Notes under the pieces: generated by a model
Seen by the model: the letters and a program-made list of their open reading frames with translations, nothing else
Told to the model about the DNA's origin: nothing
Database searches by the model: none
Part shown: positions 26,996-40,556 of the stretch, one piece after another
Numbering within the stretch: the first letter of the stretch is position 1
How the letters are laid out: each line of letters begins with the position of its first letter
Made by a program: the position numbers and the translations under genes
NCBI GenBank assembly: GCA_951406725.2
Contig: OX597828.1
Location: forward strand, 17,670,001-17,734,000
Source: Octopus vulgaris
Taxonomy: Eukaryota
DNA: 64,000 nucleotides
Reading direction: 5' to 3'

Positions 26996-27540
26996 AATTA
27001 AGGACTGAACACGAAAAGTGGACAGTCACTAGATATGGACGTCAAATCGTCATTCACCACAAAAGATTATGTTCTCAGATCAAACTCAACACAAAACATA
27101 GCAATAAACAAGTGAAAAATATACGAAATAAAATAATTACCCATGTACTAACTTAGTTTCAGCTGTTATTTTCCGCAAGGAAAACTGCAGCCATCATCAG
27201 CATGGTCTGTTATAAATGTAATTTGCTGGACTAGATGCAAACACGATACCGAAATATCGCGTGCATGGAGTTCAGCCTATTACATTTGAATATATCTTTC
27301 AAATGCCTTTACTTTGGCGCGTTGAAACCCGAGAAAACTAGCCTGCAGCTAATAATTAGCAGCAGTTAATTTATCGGTTAGAGAACATATTTATTTATAT
27401 AAAATTAATTAAGGGTAGAAATTGATATTTATCAATTAAGACCAGTGGTCTAGCATATTAAAAGAATCCGAAGATTAAAATATTTATATATACCAATTAA
27501 GGACTGAACACGAAAAGTGGACAGTCAACATGCTAGATAT
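26992..27540 (-). repeat. Inverted copy (~1.1 unit) of the 507-bp hammerhead repeat
   Basis: Reverse complement of the 27544-29003 unit with a few small indels. taccaattaaggactgaac recurs at 26992 and 27491. Confidence 0.95.
27141..27205 (-). ncRNA. Type I hammerhead ribozyme (inverted unit)
   Basis: Exact reverse complement of 27679-27743. Confidence 0.88.
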
Positions 27541-27678
27541 ATATAGTTTTCTCGGGTTTCAACGCGCCAAAGTAAAGGCATTTAAAAGATATATTCAAAT
27601 GTAATAGGCTGAACTCCATGCACGCGATATTTCGGTATCGTGTTTGCATCTAGTCCAGCAAATTACATTTATAACAGA

Positions 27679-27743
27679 CCATGCTGATGATGGCTGCAGT
27701 TTTCCTTGCGGAAAATAACAGCTGAAACTAAGTTAGTACATGG
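27679..27743 (+). ncRNA. Type I hammerhead ribozyme, unit 1
   Basis: CCAUG-CUGAUGA-U-GGCUG(CAG UUUUCC UUGC GGAAAA UAA)CAGCU-GAAA-CUAAGUUAG-UA-CAUGG. Predicted cleavage after A27738. Confidence 0.9.
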
Positions 27744-28185
27744 GTAATTATTTTATTTCGTATATTTTTCACTTGTTTATTGCTATGGTTTTGTGTTGAG
27801 TTTGATCTGAGAACATAATCTTTTGTGGTGAATGACGATTTGACGTCTATATCTAGCATGTTGACTGTCCACTTTTCGTGTTCAGTCCTTAATTGGTATA
27901 TATAAATATTTTAATCTTCGGATTCTTTTTTAATATGCGAGACCACTGGTCTTAATTGATAAATATCAATTTCTACCCTTAATTAATTTTATATAAATAA
28001 ATATGTTCTCTAACCGATAAATTAACTGCTGGTAATTATTAGCTGCAGGCTAGTTTTCTCGGGTTTCAACGCGCCAAAGTAAAGGCATTTGAAAGATATA
28101 TTCAAATGTAATAGGCTGAACTCCATGCACGCGATATTTCGGTATCGTGTTTGCATCTAGTCCAGCAAATTACATTTATAACAGA

Positions 28186-28250
28186 CCATGCTGATGATGG
28201 CTGCAGTTTTCCTTGCGGAAAATAACAGCTGAAACTAAGTTAGTACATGG
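28186..28250 (+). ncRNA. Type I hammerhead ribozyme, unit 2
   Basis: Identical to unit 1, offset by 507 bp. Confidence 0.9.
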
Positions 28251-28692
28251 GTAATTATTTTATTTCGTATATTTTTCACTTGTTTATTGCTATGGTTTTG
28301 TGTTGAGTTTGATCTGAGAACATAATCTTTTGTGGTGAATGACGATTTGACGTCTATATCTAGCATGTTGACTGTCCACTTTTCGTGTTCAGTCCTTAAT
28401 TGGTATATATAAATATTTTAATCTTCGGATTCTTTTTTAATATGCTAGACCACTGGTCTTAATTGATAAATATCAATTTCTACCCTTAATTAATTTTATA
28501 TAAATAAATATGTTCTCTAACCGATAAATTAACTGCTGCTAATTATTAGCTGCAGGCTAGTTTTCTCGGGTTTCAACGCGCCAAAGTAAAGGCATTTGAA
28601 AGATATATTCAAATGTAATAGGCTGAACTCCATGCACGCGATATTTCGGTATCGTGTTTGCATCTAGTCCAGCAAATTACATTTATAACAGA

Positions 28693-28757
28693 CCATGCTG
28701 ATGATGGCTGCAGTTTTCCTTGCGGAAAATAACAGCTGAAACTAAGTTAGTACATGG
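28693..28757 (+). ncRNA. Type I hammerhead ribozyme, unit 3
   Basis: Identical to unit 1, offset by 1014 bp. Confidence 0.9.
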
Positions 28758-29003
28758 GTAATTATTTTATTTCGTATATTTTTCACTTGTTTATTGCTAT
28801 GGTTTTGTGTTGAGTTTGATCTGAGAACATAATCTTTTGTGGTGAATGACGATTTGACGTCTATATCTAGCATGTTGACTGTCCACTTTTCGTGTTCAGT
28901 CCTTAATTGGTATATATAAATATTTTAATCTTCGGATTCTTTTTTAATATGCTAGACCACTGGTCTTAATTGATAAATATCAATTTCTACCCTTAATTAA
29001 TTT

Positions 29004-29059
<56 letters not shown>

Positions 29060-29154
29060 TATACATGTATATCTAGGCATGTACATACATTTTAAAAAAT
29101 ATATATGTATAAAAATATATAAATATACATATGTATATATGAATATATATATAC

Positions 29155-29185
<31 letters not shown>

Positions 29186-29269
29186 CATATATATATACAC
29201 ACATATATATGTACATATATATATATACATGTATATATATATACATATATATGTATATATACATATGCA

Positions 29270-29309
<40 letters not shown>

Positions 29310-29740
29310 AACATATATATCTATATGTATACATATAGAGTTTGTTTCGGCTGCCCTCATCTGAATCTCATATATATGTGTTTGTTTATATGTATGCATG
29401 TATGTATGTATGTAAGTATGTATGATGTATGTATGCATGTATGTATGTATATATATATCTATCTATATATATATATGTACGCACACACATACACAAATAT
29501 ATATGTATTTATATATATACACATATATGTGTGAATGTGTACAGAGAAGTAGGTATATATATGTATATATGTATGCATATATATGCATATATTTATATAT
29601 ACGTATATATATATATATATAAGAATATATCTATATATGCATATATATATATATATATATGTATATCTTTGCACACACATACACACACATATACATTTAT
29701 AAACATATGTATGAATACATATATATATTTTTACGTACAC

Positions 29741-29808
<68 letters not shown>

Positions 29809-29882
29809 CAAATGAATATGGTACTTAAGTTAGATGCACCAGAATTTTGAATGGTGTTATCCATATAAATCCATGGGGTGAT

Positions 29883-30102
29883 TATAATCAAAATAAGCAA
29901 CAAGAATAAATTTGGTAATTTGGTACGATCGTTTCGCACTACATCATTTTATTAGATGTTGTGAACATTACAAGAGTTTTAAAATGATGAGTGCTCAGCA
30001 TTTTAAAACTGTTGTAATGCTTACAACATTTAATAAAATGATGTAGTGCGAAATGATCGTACCAAATTACCAAAGTTATTCTTGTTGCTTATTTTGATTA
30101 TA
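29883..30102. repeat. 220-bp imperfect palindrome (fold-back) containing the 3' half of a hammerhead
   Basis: Arms 29883-29990 and 29995-30102 are reverse-complementary with a few mismatches around a gtgc loop. The arms carry GC-GAAA-(C/U)GAUCG-UA-CCAAA. Confidence 0.85.
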
Positions 30103-30801
30103 TATATATATATATATTTGAAAAGATGAATAGAGATGGCTTTTGTGGGAATAATTTTTGAGTTAATGATAACATTTACAGTTACTCAGATGAGTTTCGA
30201 GCTCTCGATAGCTGCTTTGAAACTGAAATTCTGTGGTTTTGTATGTTGTCTATATAGCAAATGATTTTTCTTATACGTATACGAATAAAAATTTAGAAAA
30301 TACACAGAAGAGAAAAACAAAATTTCTAAATTGGAAATAAAGATTATAAAAACTAGAATAAAAATATTATAAGAATACAAAAGTATATACAACAGCATGT
30401 GTGGAAAAAAGAGAATAAAGAAAACTGAGAAAAAGAAAAAGTAAAATATGGAATATAAGAAGATAAAATGTAGTTGAAAATGGTAGTGAGGTGAGATTAG
30501 TCTATCAGGAATGAAGAAATGGAATATTTTCAGGATTCTTGTCAAAAGATGGCCTTTGTGAATCTTTTGATTTGAGGTCATTTTATTCACTTTTCACAGT
30601 TGGTATGGTGTGTCCTTATTTAGTCAAATATGTATAAACACACACATGCACACGTCCGCATAAACATACATAAATACACATCCACACACACACACTTTCA
30701 AATACATACACATGTCTTCATGTGTATACATATACAGAAATATCGGTAGGTACATATACATATAAACACACAAACAAATATATATACACAAACTCATACA
30801 C

Positions 30802-30865
<64 letters not shown>

Positions 30866-31029
30866 TAGAAAATAAAACCACCTTTTATCAATTCAAAATG
30901 AACAATTAAATTACACCATCTAGAAAATGTTTCTAATTTTTTATATATATGTTATATTGTGTGAAATTTGATTTATATTTCTAAATTGAATTTTTTTCCT
31001 TGTAAGTTTGGATTTTATTCCCTCAAATA

Positions 31030-31084
<55 letters not shown>

Positions 31085-31689
31085 CACACATACATATACT
31101 CACACGTACATATATATAAGTACACATAAGTACACTCATACACACATAAGAGGGTGCACAGCCATACAAACTTATATCCCAATATTTTTTATGTAAATAT
31201 ACATACTTACATACCTACACACACATATACACAAAGCTATAGATATTTCCTCACATATAACTACATGTACATAAGATAGTATAAAAAAAGTGGATACACA
31301 TATCGGGTGGCTGCCAGTATAATAAAAAAACTGGGTCAGAGCTCTTACTCTCAAGGGTCTCAGCTGAATATATATATATATATATATACATATGTGTGTG
31401 TGTGTGAATGTGTTTGTATATATATGTCTATATCATCACCATCACCATCACGTGACCAACCAGACCATCAGATGTTGTTACACATCGCTGGTCACAATTC
31501 GTTCGCATTGTTTTAGCCTTCAAATGACGCCACCCCGCTGGCTAAGCGAGCAGGCCGTATGTGTATATATAGGTATATATATGTGTGCATATATATGCAT
31601 ATATATATGTGTGTGTGTATATATGTTTATCTATATATATATCTATATACATATATATATACATACACACTCACACACACATACACACT

Positions 31690-31770
<81 letters not shown>

Positions 31771-31989
31771 ATATGTATGTGTGTATAACCCTATTGACAT
31801 TAATTCTGCCTCTATTAATCAGGACATTAAAACACATTACAACGGTAATAACAAGATAAATTTTAATTCGAATAATAAAAATAACAGTTCTTTTATTCCT
31901 TTTATACGTAATGGAAATAAGTGGATGACTTTTAAAGATGATTACTCAAATAATAAGGTGTGTTCTTGTAAAACAATTTAATTGATTAT

Positions 31990-32205
31990 TCCATTTGATA
32001 AGGCGGAACATAATAAACAATACCTTTTGGAATGGAAAATTCTATCTAGATTCTTCCCATATGATAAAGTTAAATCTTTTCGTCCGCTCTGTAACCAAGA
32101 GCTATTTTCATTCTTTTCTCGAAGAATACACTTGTAAGTACCTTTAAAGAACGCGGTTATCGTTGTAAACATTGGCAAAACTCTACCTTTAGTTCCTATA
32201 AATAA
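31990..32205 (+). pseudogene. Penelope GIY-YIG endonuclease C-terminal remnant
   Basis: YLLEWKILSRFFPYDKVKSF.PLCNQELF and (other frame) RCKHWQ resemble the PLE motif W.IL....Y.....C.LC..E...C.H. Confidence 0.6.
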
Positions 32206-33782
32206 TTTCTACCAATCTATAAAATTCGACCTTTAACTGTCTTCTTACATTTCATTTCCATTGCATATATGTCTATTTCCACACTTTTAAACTTTATTCA
32301 CATTCATCTATCACATTATATTTTTCCACTTTTAATTTTCTGCTACTTTCTTTCTTCTTCTCTTTCCCTAATTTACCTTTGACATTAATCTCTCAACGGT
32401 TTTTTAAAAAAATAACTTACTCTTTTATTGTTTCAGCCATTTGAATGCGGCCATGCTGGAGCATCGCCTTCTTTCGAGCAAATCGACCACAAATCGACCA
32501 TAGTACTTATTCCATCGGTCTCTTTTGAAGAACCGCTAAGTTACGGGAAGAAACTTGCTAACGTTCTCCATACAACATATATTTATGTACGCGGTAACCA
32601 TATTCGGTTAAAATGGTTTATTGATATGTTTATCCCACTGATCCACGTTTGACATCTATGGTGCACTTAAGAAACCTACCGACACCATGGTACTTGTTAC
32701 CAAGTCATACCAGTTTTCCAGTGACCACAATTTTTTCTAATTCTAACATAACAAGGGTATTAAATTTACGATCAACTTCACGCAAAAATACCGCAATTTT
32801 TCTCTTTGCACAAATTTACCTCTGTGCTACATAAATTCTAGGTCATTTTTACCTTCATTTAAGTTAGCAACAATACGAAATTACCATATATTTCTTATAC
32901 AGTCTACACCTAGCTTCCAACTTCATATATTTTTCCACCATTTTTTTTTTAAATAATGAACAACTTGTTCAATAATATAGAATTTTTAAATAATCAAAGA
33001 AAATCAAATATACCGCCATTCCTCTGATATGTAGTTTATGATGCAAATTTCAGCTCTCGTTTGAAGTCATTAGTCTTTATTTATTTCACTGATGCTATTG
33101 AGAAAGGCATACACGATACAACTTCTCTTTGATCTCTCCTTGTAACGTAGATCTTTTGTGCTTAACGAAAAGGATAACCATTCGCTTTCATTCTTTACTA
33201 TTTGTTATTGCTGTGTATTATGTTATATTTATTTCTTTTACATATTTATTTATTTACTAGTTATTATTTCGGGTGGAGGTAGAAGGAGAAAGTAGTTCTT
33301 TATATAATAACGTATGTCTAAGAAAATAGAAAGAAAGACGAAACATTATTTCAAGAAATAAAATAATAATACAAACGCACAAAGAAAATACAAAAAGCGA
33401 CAAGCAAACAGACAAACAAACAAATTTCTAACATTTATCATTAAATGCTTATTATTTTAATAGGAAGACATTTTAATGATAGCATAGAATGGAATTTAAA
33501 ATATTTGATGATAAAATTAATTGTCAACACAACCTTTGTTGTCTCGCTTACAAACAGTTGGAACAAATTAATATTGTTAGCAGCTGAAAATTACACGTCA
33601 ACTCCACACTTTCTATTGCCTCATTCGTCTTCATCATTGATTGCTATTAGGAAAAATACCGTACAATCTCTATATTTCATTCTAATGCTAATTTCAAAAA
33701 CTCAAATGAAAAACTTGTTTGTTTATTCGAAAGAAAAATACAATAAAATAACACGAGAAACGATGAAGATGATTATGAAAAT

Positions 33783-33784
<2 letters not shown>

Positions 33785-33846
<62 letters not shown>

Positions 33847-33870
33847 GCAATGACAATGTTAATAATAATA
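33785..33870. repeat. (AAT)n microsatellite
   Basis: Direct observation. Confidence 0.95.
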
Positions 33871-34232
33871 AGGATTTATATGATCATAACGTTATTATCC
33901 TAAAAGTTGTTTTATTATTCAGTTTATTTAATAAGCCTGTTGTTGGAATATATTTGAATTTTTCTTAGAAATAGAATTGTGTATAAGACATAAAATGAAA
34001 AAAAACGAAAAATGGACGAAAAAAGTTTCGTTTGTTTAATTTCATTTTATTTTCTTTTTTTGTTTTTTGCTTCAGATTTTCTTCTTCTTCATCTTCTACT
34101 TCTTCTTCTTAGTTTCTTGTTGTTGCTGCAGTTCTTGTTGTTACTGTTATTTGTTACGTTATCAAGAACGCTATATATAGGCATTTCAATACAAAGACTT
34201 TTTCTGATGTACATACATATTTAAACACTCCC

Positions 34233-34274
<42 letters not shown>

Positions 34275-34300
34275 GTGTTGTGTGTACATGTATGTATGTG

Positions 34301-34370
<70 letters not shown>

Positions 34371-34644
34371 GTATGTGTGTGTGCGCGGGTGTGTGTCTGG
34401 GTGTGGATGTACATATATATATTCTTACATAAGTGTGTGTATGTATGTATATGAGTAATCATACATATAACCATATATGACTACATACAAATATTCATAT
34501 ATATGCATAAATTATGCAAATATATCTATGTCTATTAGTACATGTATATATATATATATATTATTAATTTATACTTATATGTACATATATACATATGTCC
34601 GTATAATGTATATGCAAATATATATGCACATCAATATTAACATA

Positions 34645-34681
<37 letters not shown>

Positions 34682-35040
34682 ACATATAAATAGGTGTATT
34701 TGAACATATATGCCAGTGTACGTCTAAATGTATATTATATGCATATATATACATATATGTATAATTATGTATATATTCATATATACGTTCTTATATGAAT
34801 ATATAAACAAGAATATGTTCGTGTATATTTGAATATATGTATATATGTATATATAAGTGTGCGTGTATGTGTCTATATATATATGTATATATATATATAT
34901 ATATATGCATATATATGTATGCATGTATATATAGATACATGTGTCTGTGTATGCAGATACATACGTATGTACGTACATATATATATGCATATCATTAGTT
35001 CTAAATATATGTTAAATGAGTCTTTATGTATTATACACAC

Positions 35041-35083
<43 letters not shown>

Positions 35084-35989
35084 TGTATGTATGTATAGCC
35101 ACACAACATTAAGACACGTGTGCCTGTGTACGCCTGTGTGGTTGTAAATTTGTTTGAGCGTGTGTGTGTGTTTGTGTGTATGTGTGTGTGTGTGTGTAAT
35201 ATTATTGTAAATATACGCCTTTCTTAGGAATGGCGTATTAAGTGTTATTTATGACTTTCTTTGATATTTTTCCCTTTTATCTTTAGTTCTCTTGATCTTA
35301 GTATTCTTTCGACTAGAATGTCCGTTCGAAACGCATACGTTGAGAGTGTGCTCTGCTCCAAATCACTAACACATCAGTATAATATTTGTATTTCTGTGTG
35401 TAAGTGTCTGTGTGTTAACCTTACCACATAGTATTTTGTAATAGCACAATGTGTGGTATGTACTGCCTGGAAATTATCATGTGATTGTTGCTTCCAGTCT
35501 GATTGGTGTGCGCGCGGAGCAGCTTCATGTTATTTGTCGTAGATATTAAACGCAACACTAGGAATCCTTCAGTGGTGATTTGCTCTAAGAACGCGGTACC
35601 GATTTTCATTTGGATGAACTTCGATATGTTAGAGCGCAGGAGATTGGCAACGAAAGGAAAAGCGAGCAAAACAAGAATCTACGAGAAATACGACAAACGG
35701 AAGACAAGAGGAACAATAGAAACAAAAACTGCAATAACTAGAAAAGATAGAGCAAAAAATACAAGAATGAAAGCACCAAGAACAGAAAGAAGACACACAG
35801 AAACAACCGATATTCCAACATCAGGAACAACATATCAGAATTCGTTAATGAACTTGTCATCTGTGCTGTTCTTGAAATTAAGAACTGTGAATTCGATGAT
35901 ATTTGTTCGAAAACATTCAGGCATCTCAAATAAAATGTGAATGCTTTGGAAACTCTTTTATCTAAAGAACAGGTGATCACAACATTAGG

Positions 35990-36410
35990 ATTATGTATAA
36001 CCAAGCATCTGGTTCCGGGTTCACTCCCACTGCGTGGCACTTTGGGCAAGTGTCTTCTACTATAGCCTCGGGCCGACCAAAGATTTGTGAGTGGATTTGG
36101 TATATGCAAACTGAAAGGAGCCCGTCGTATATATGTATATGCATATATATGTGTGTGTGTGTTTGTGTGTGTGCCTGTGTGTGTGTATGTAATTGTGTGT
36201 CTGTGTTTGTACCCCCGCCATTGCTTGACAACGGATGTTGGTGTGTTTACGACCCCGTAACTTTGCAGTTCGGCAAAAGAGACCGATACGATAAGTACTA
36301 GGCTTACAAAGAGTAAGTCTTGGAGTCGATTTGTTTCGACTAAAGGCGGTGCTCCAGCATGGCTGCAGTCAAATGACTGAAACAAATATAGGAATAAAAG
36401 AATAAAAGAA
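35990..36410 (+). mobile_element. tRNA-SINE family A, near full length
   Basis: Colinear with 15225-15620. Confidence 0.88.
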
Positions 36411-36824
36411 TAGTGTAGAGGGTGTTGGATGTCCAGTCTAACAGAGGGTTAGGGTACGTTTACTAATTTCCCCTCTTCGTCTTCAATTGAACATAGTAAC
36501 TAAAGGTGAAAGAGATGCACGTTTCTTGAGGTTGTTGTGAAAGCAGAGACACCAGCCTAACGATCTCTGTTCAATGCTTTTAGTCGTGGTAACTATCAAT
36601 GTGAGAAAGTATTGTGAGTCAAACTCAATCGCTTCCTTTGCAACCAGCTGCGAGATTTACGTCCCTTTCTACCGGCCAGTATAGGGTGGAGTGGCAACGG
36701 CAACACTGTTTTGGAAGTGTCTTGATCTAGTGATTAACATGATGTTCCTAATTTCGGATGGTTCGAACGTAGTACATAAAACGGGAACGTACATAAAAAA
36801 TTGCAAAACATAAATTTATATAAA

Positions 36825-36921
36825 GCACACACACACACGCGCACGAATGCACGCACACACACACGCACGCACACACACACACACACACGCACACATACAT
36901 ACACACACATACATGCATACA

Positions 36922-36955
<34 letters not shown>

Positions 36956-37533
36956 CATACATACATACATACATATATACATACATACATGCATACATAC
37001 ATACATACATACGCACATACGTACACACATGCATAAATACATACATACATGCATACATACATACATACATACATACATACATACATACATACATGAATAC
37101 ATACATACATGCATACATACACACATACATACATACATACAAATATGTATACATACATCTGTAAATACATGCATACATACATACATACATGCATGCATAC
37201 ATACATACATGCATACACACACACACACACACATACATACATACATACATACATACATACATACACACATACATACACACACACATACATACATACATGC
37301 ACACACATACATACATACATACACACACATACATACATACACACATACATGCATACATACACACGTACATACATACACACACATACATACATACATTCAC
37401 ATACATACATACATACACACATACATACATACATACATACATACATACATACATACATACATACATACATACATACATACATACATACATACATGCATAC
37501 ATACATACATGCATACATACATACATATATACA
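36825..37533. repeat. ~700-bp (ATAC)n/(CA)n compound microsatellite
   Basis: Direct observation. It generates the spurious 220-256 aa ORFs. Confidence 0.95.
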
Positions 37534-40391
37534 TCTAGTAAAATATGAGCAACCTATCTACGCATGCTTGAGAAGCCGTCATTTTGTTGGTTCAGAGCAG
37601 CTATGACCTGGATTGTTTTTCTTTCCACCCGGTACTCAAACATGAACACTCTAAATTTATTCGTGATCCTCCTCAATATAGGATTAGAGTGAAATCTACC
37701 CGTATCTGATGAGAATTTATCATATAATACTTGACATGCTGTTAGTTTCATTTTCACCTGTAGTTTATCATAGACACCCCCATACGTCGGTCATGAAGTT
37801 GTTAGGCTGCCAATAAAAAAATTTATAAAACACACACCAAAAGAGATTGTTTGTCAGTGATTTACGAAGCGACGGTTTTCCTCAGTAGGAAAATGAGCAT
37901 AAACTATTAAAGCCCTTCTTAATTTCACATCGCGTCAACATGTGCTTCATGTGTGTTTTATTTTCTTGTTCGATCCATGCCGTCACTTACCTGCCTGCTT
38001 TTTCTACTGTCTTTCTTGATAGGGTCTTCGTCATTTAATATCCCCCAACTTCACATTTATTTCATGTCAAAATATGTCTCGCAAAACTGCAGCCTGGTTA
38101 CTGATACAGAATCTTAGCAATGAATTGACTAGGACAGCTTGCCTAGGATCTAGTACCTCGATCGCTTAAGTGTTCCAAGGAAGTCTAACTGCATCGCCGC
38201 ATCTGTCGTCACCTTATTCCTCTTATTTTCCTTTAGGAGGGTAGCAGTAGTGATTGAAACACTGTGTAAGCGATAAAATAAATTCTATGTTGTCTGTTCT
38301 GACATTTGTAAATTTCATGCCGTTGCAGAGCAAGATGAGACTTTTCTGGTGTGTCTTGCTTATATTTGGTCTGGCCAATATGAGACTGAATATTTGCTGC
38401 ACCAATGTGAGAATGATATTGGGAAGCATTTGCCTTGTGTTTTAAGACCAAGCTGCAATCGAGGAGACCAGAAGAGCAGATGCAATTGGGTGGATGTCGA
38501 ACATTTCAGTATAGTGAGTACGGGAAAAAAACAAGTGTCACAGATAAAGATATTACTACAGAGGTTGGCCTAAGCATGTCACCATTACGGTTCAACGTAG
38601 GAGGCTGTTGTCCATAGAGATTAGCCACAACGATACCCGGTATGAATGAGGTCTATATGGACATGACCGGCGATTTCTGTCAGACTATCTCGGAACTGTG
38701 CCTTTATTGGGAAACGGAGAGCGGAGCACATGTTGACCAATGGTATGAATTTAAATAACTTAGGTAGAAAATGCTCTACTGACTGACGTACACATCACAT
38801 GTCCTTAGAAACTAAAATTTGTTTTTTTAACTGGAGATTGAAAATAAAACCCTAACCACGGTTACTAACGACTCTCAAGGAAAAAGGAGTTTAATTTCTA
38901 TACATTAGCATTTGACTTCATAGAAAATTTGATTTTCACGTTTAATAGCTTTGAAGAATGAAAACTTTATAGCTAAAGACATGTTTCAGTAGTATTTAAA
39001 CTCAACAGTGAAGCATGTTTTCTTAAGTTTGCCTTGATCAGAGAATTCGTATTTTTTATATAGAAAAAGAGTTATGGAGACTTCTAGCCTTTATAATTTG
39101 CATAATGTAAAAAAAATTATATAAGGGAAATGAACCAAGTGTGCCAATGTCAATAATTTGGGTTGGTGTTCTTACACTGAAAGACTTGTACAGAAATATT
39201 GTTAATGGGTTGAAACTGTGTTTTAGTTGAAGTAGAACAAAAGTCCAGAGGCACAGCTTCTCAAAGAAGGGAAACAATTTCTAGAAAGTGAGAGTTCACT
39301 TCCCGGCAACTAAAGTTTCGTGCTAAGACATTTTGTTAGCAGGCAAATAGTATAGAATGTGTGGTCAACGAAAAACTTAACTGCTTTTTCTAGCAAGCTG
39401 AGAAACAGCCATGTGGCTAGCTAATTGACTAGTAATATAGAATAATGGACTTGATTAAGTCGTAGATGGTTTCGAAGAGTTTGAGCAATTTTACTTCTTA
39501 GCTGGAGGAAAACTAGAAGCTAAATACACACAAAAAAATAAACTTATTTCATTGCCTCGAATGCTTTAATACTATGTGTTAATTTTTTAATTCTTAAATA
39601 TATAACTTTTCTAACTTGAAATCAACTTTTGTGGAATATTATTCTTCATTAAATGAAATTGTGTTCATTTTCCCGCCGCAGATTTTTTTACTTTTTCTAG
39701 AAGTCCTCCATCGTATTAGTAATATTTACTGCACTATTTCCATAAGTTTTTTTTTTATTGAGTGTTCGTTTTTGTTTTAGTTATCTTTTTATCCTTTTTT
39801 TTTTCTTTTTTGCTTCCTCTGGGAATTGAATTATTAAAAATAACGAACCCTAAAACGAAACTTTGAATTTGTTATGTAAACTTTGCTATTTGAAAGTATT
39901 TGAAGGGCAACAGAGTTCATGAAGATGATTTATTTCCCTTATAGCAAAATATTAATTTAAAAGCTTTAGGTGAAAGACGACATTTTGAAGGTGGCATTCA
40001 TGGAAGCTTTAAAATGTTTAAAGAAACAAATAATCATTTTAAGTATTTAGATCCATTCAACTAATTCAATAGATTTAGCGTGTTTTGCGCGTGTGGCTTT
40101 AATATTTCTTTTCTCTAATCCTGTTACTGCAAACGCAAGGTCTCCGCAACGTCTCATTTCCACACAATCCTTTATACTTCTAAAAGCGTAATCTCGCATC
40201 TTAGAATATTTTATTTTAGATTTTATAAAATGTTCACAAGAGAAAATGAGGTGCTAGGGTGCTAGAAATTGCAAAGCGAAGGTCAATAAGTCTTATATTT
40301 AGTGTCTTTCAGATTTCAAATCCCTTCTGAATCGACGAAAGAACACGCGCGCACACACACATTAAATATACACACATATATATATAAATAC

Positions 40392-40433
<42 letters not shown>

Positions 40434-40507
40434 GCCCGTGTATGCATATATATACGTGTATGCATATATATACGCCCGTGTATGCATAAAAACATATCTT
40501 ATGCATT

Positions 40508-40556
<49 letters not shown>

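Larger units (their letters stand above)
27544..29003 (+). repeat. 507-bp tandem array (~2.9 units), retrozyme or Penelope-pLTR-like
   Basis: tagttttctcgggtttcaacgcgcc starts at 27544, 28051 and 28558. About 3 substitutions were seen between units 1 and 2. The composite is flanked by (TA)n. Confidence 0.95.

Noticed and set aside
26992-29003. CRISPR array or plain satellite interpretation of the 507-bp repeat
   Set aside because: No short repeat and unique spacer structure. Low copy number, inversion and a per-unit ribozyme fit a retroelement better.
36734-37606. Long ORFs of 220-256 aa (MYVC/HTYI repeats) and the many YIYI/HTHT ORFs across the window
   Set aside because: Stop-free translations of (ATAC)n, (TA)n and (CA)n microsatellites.
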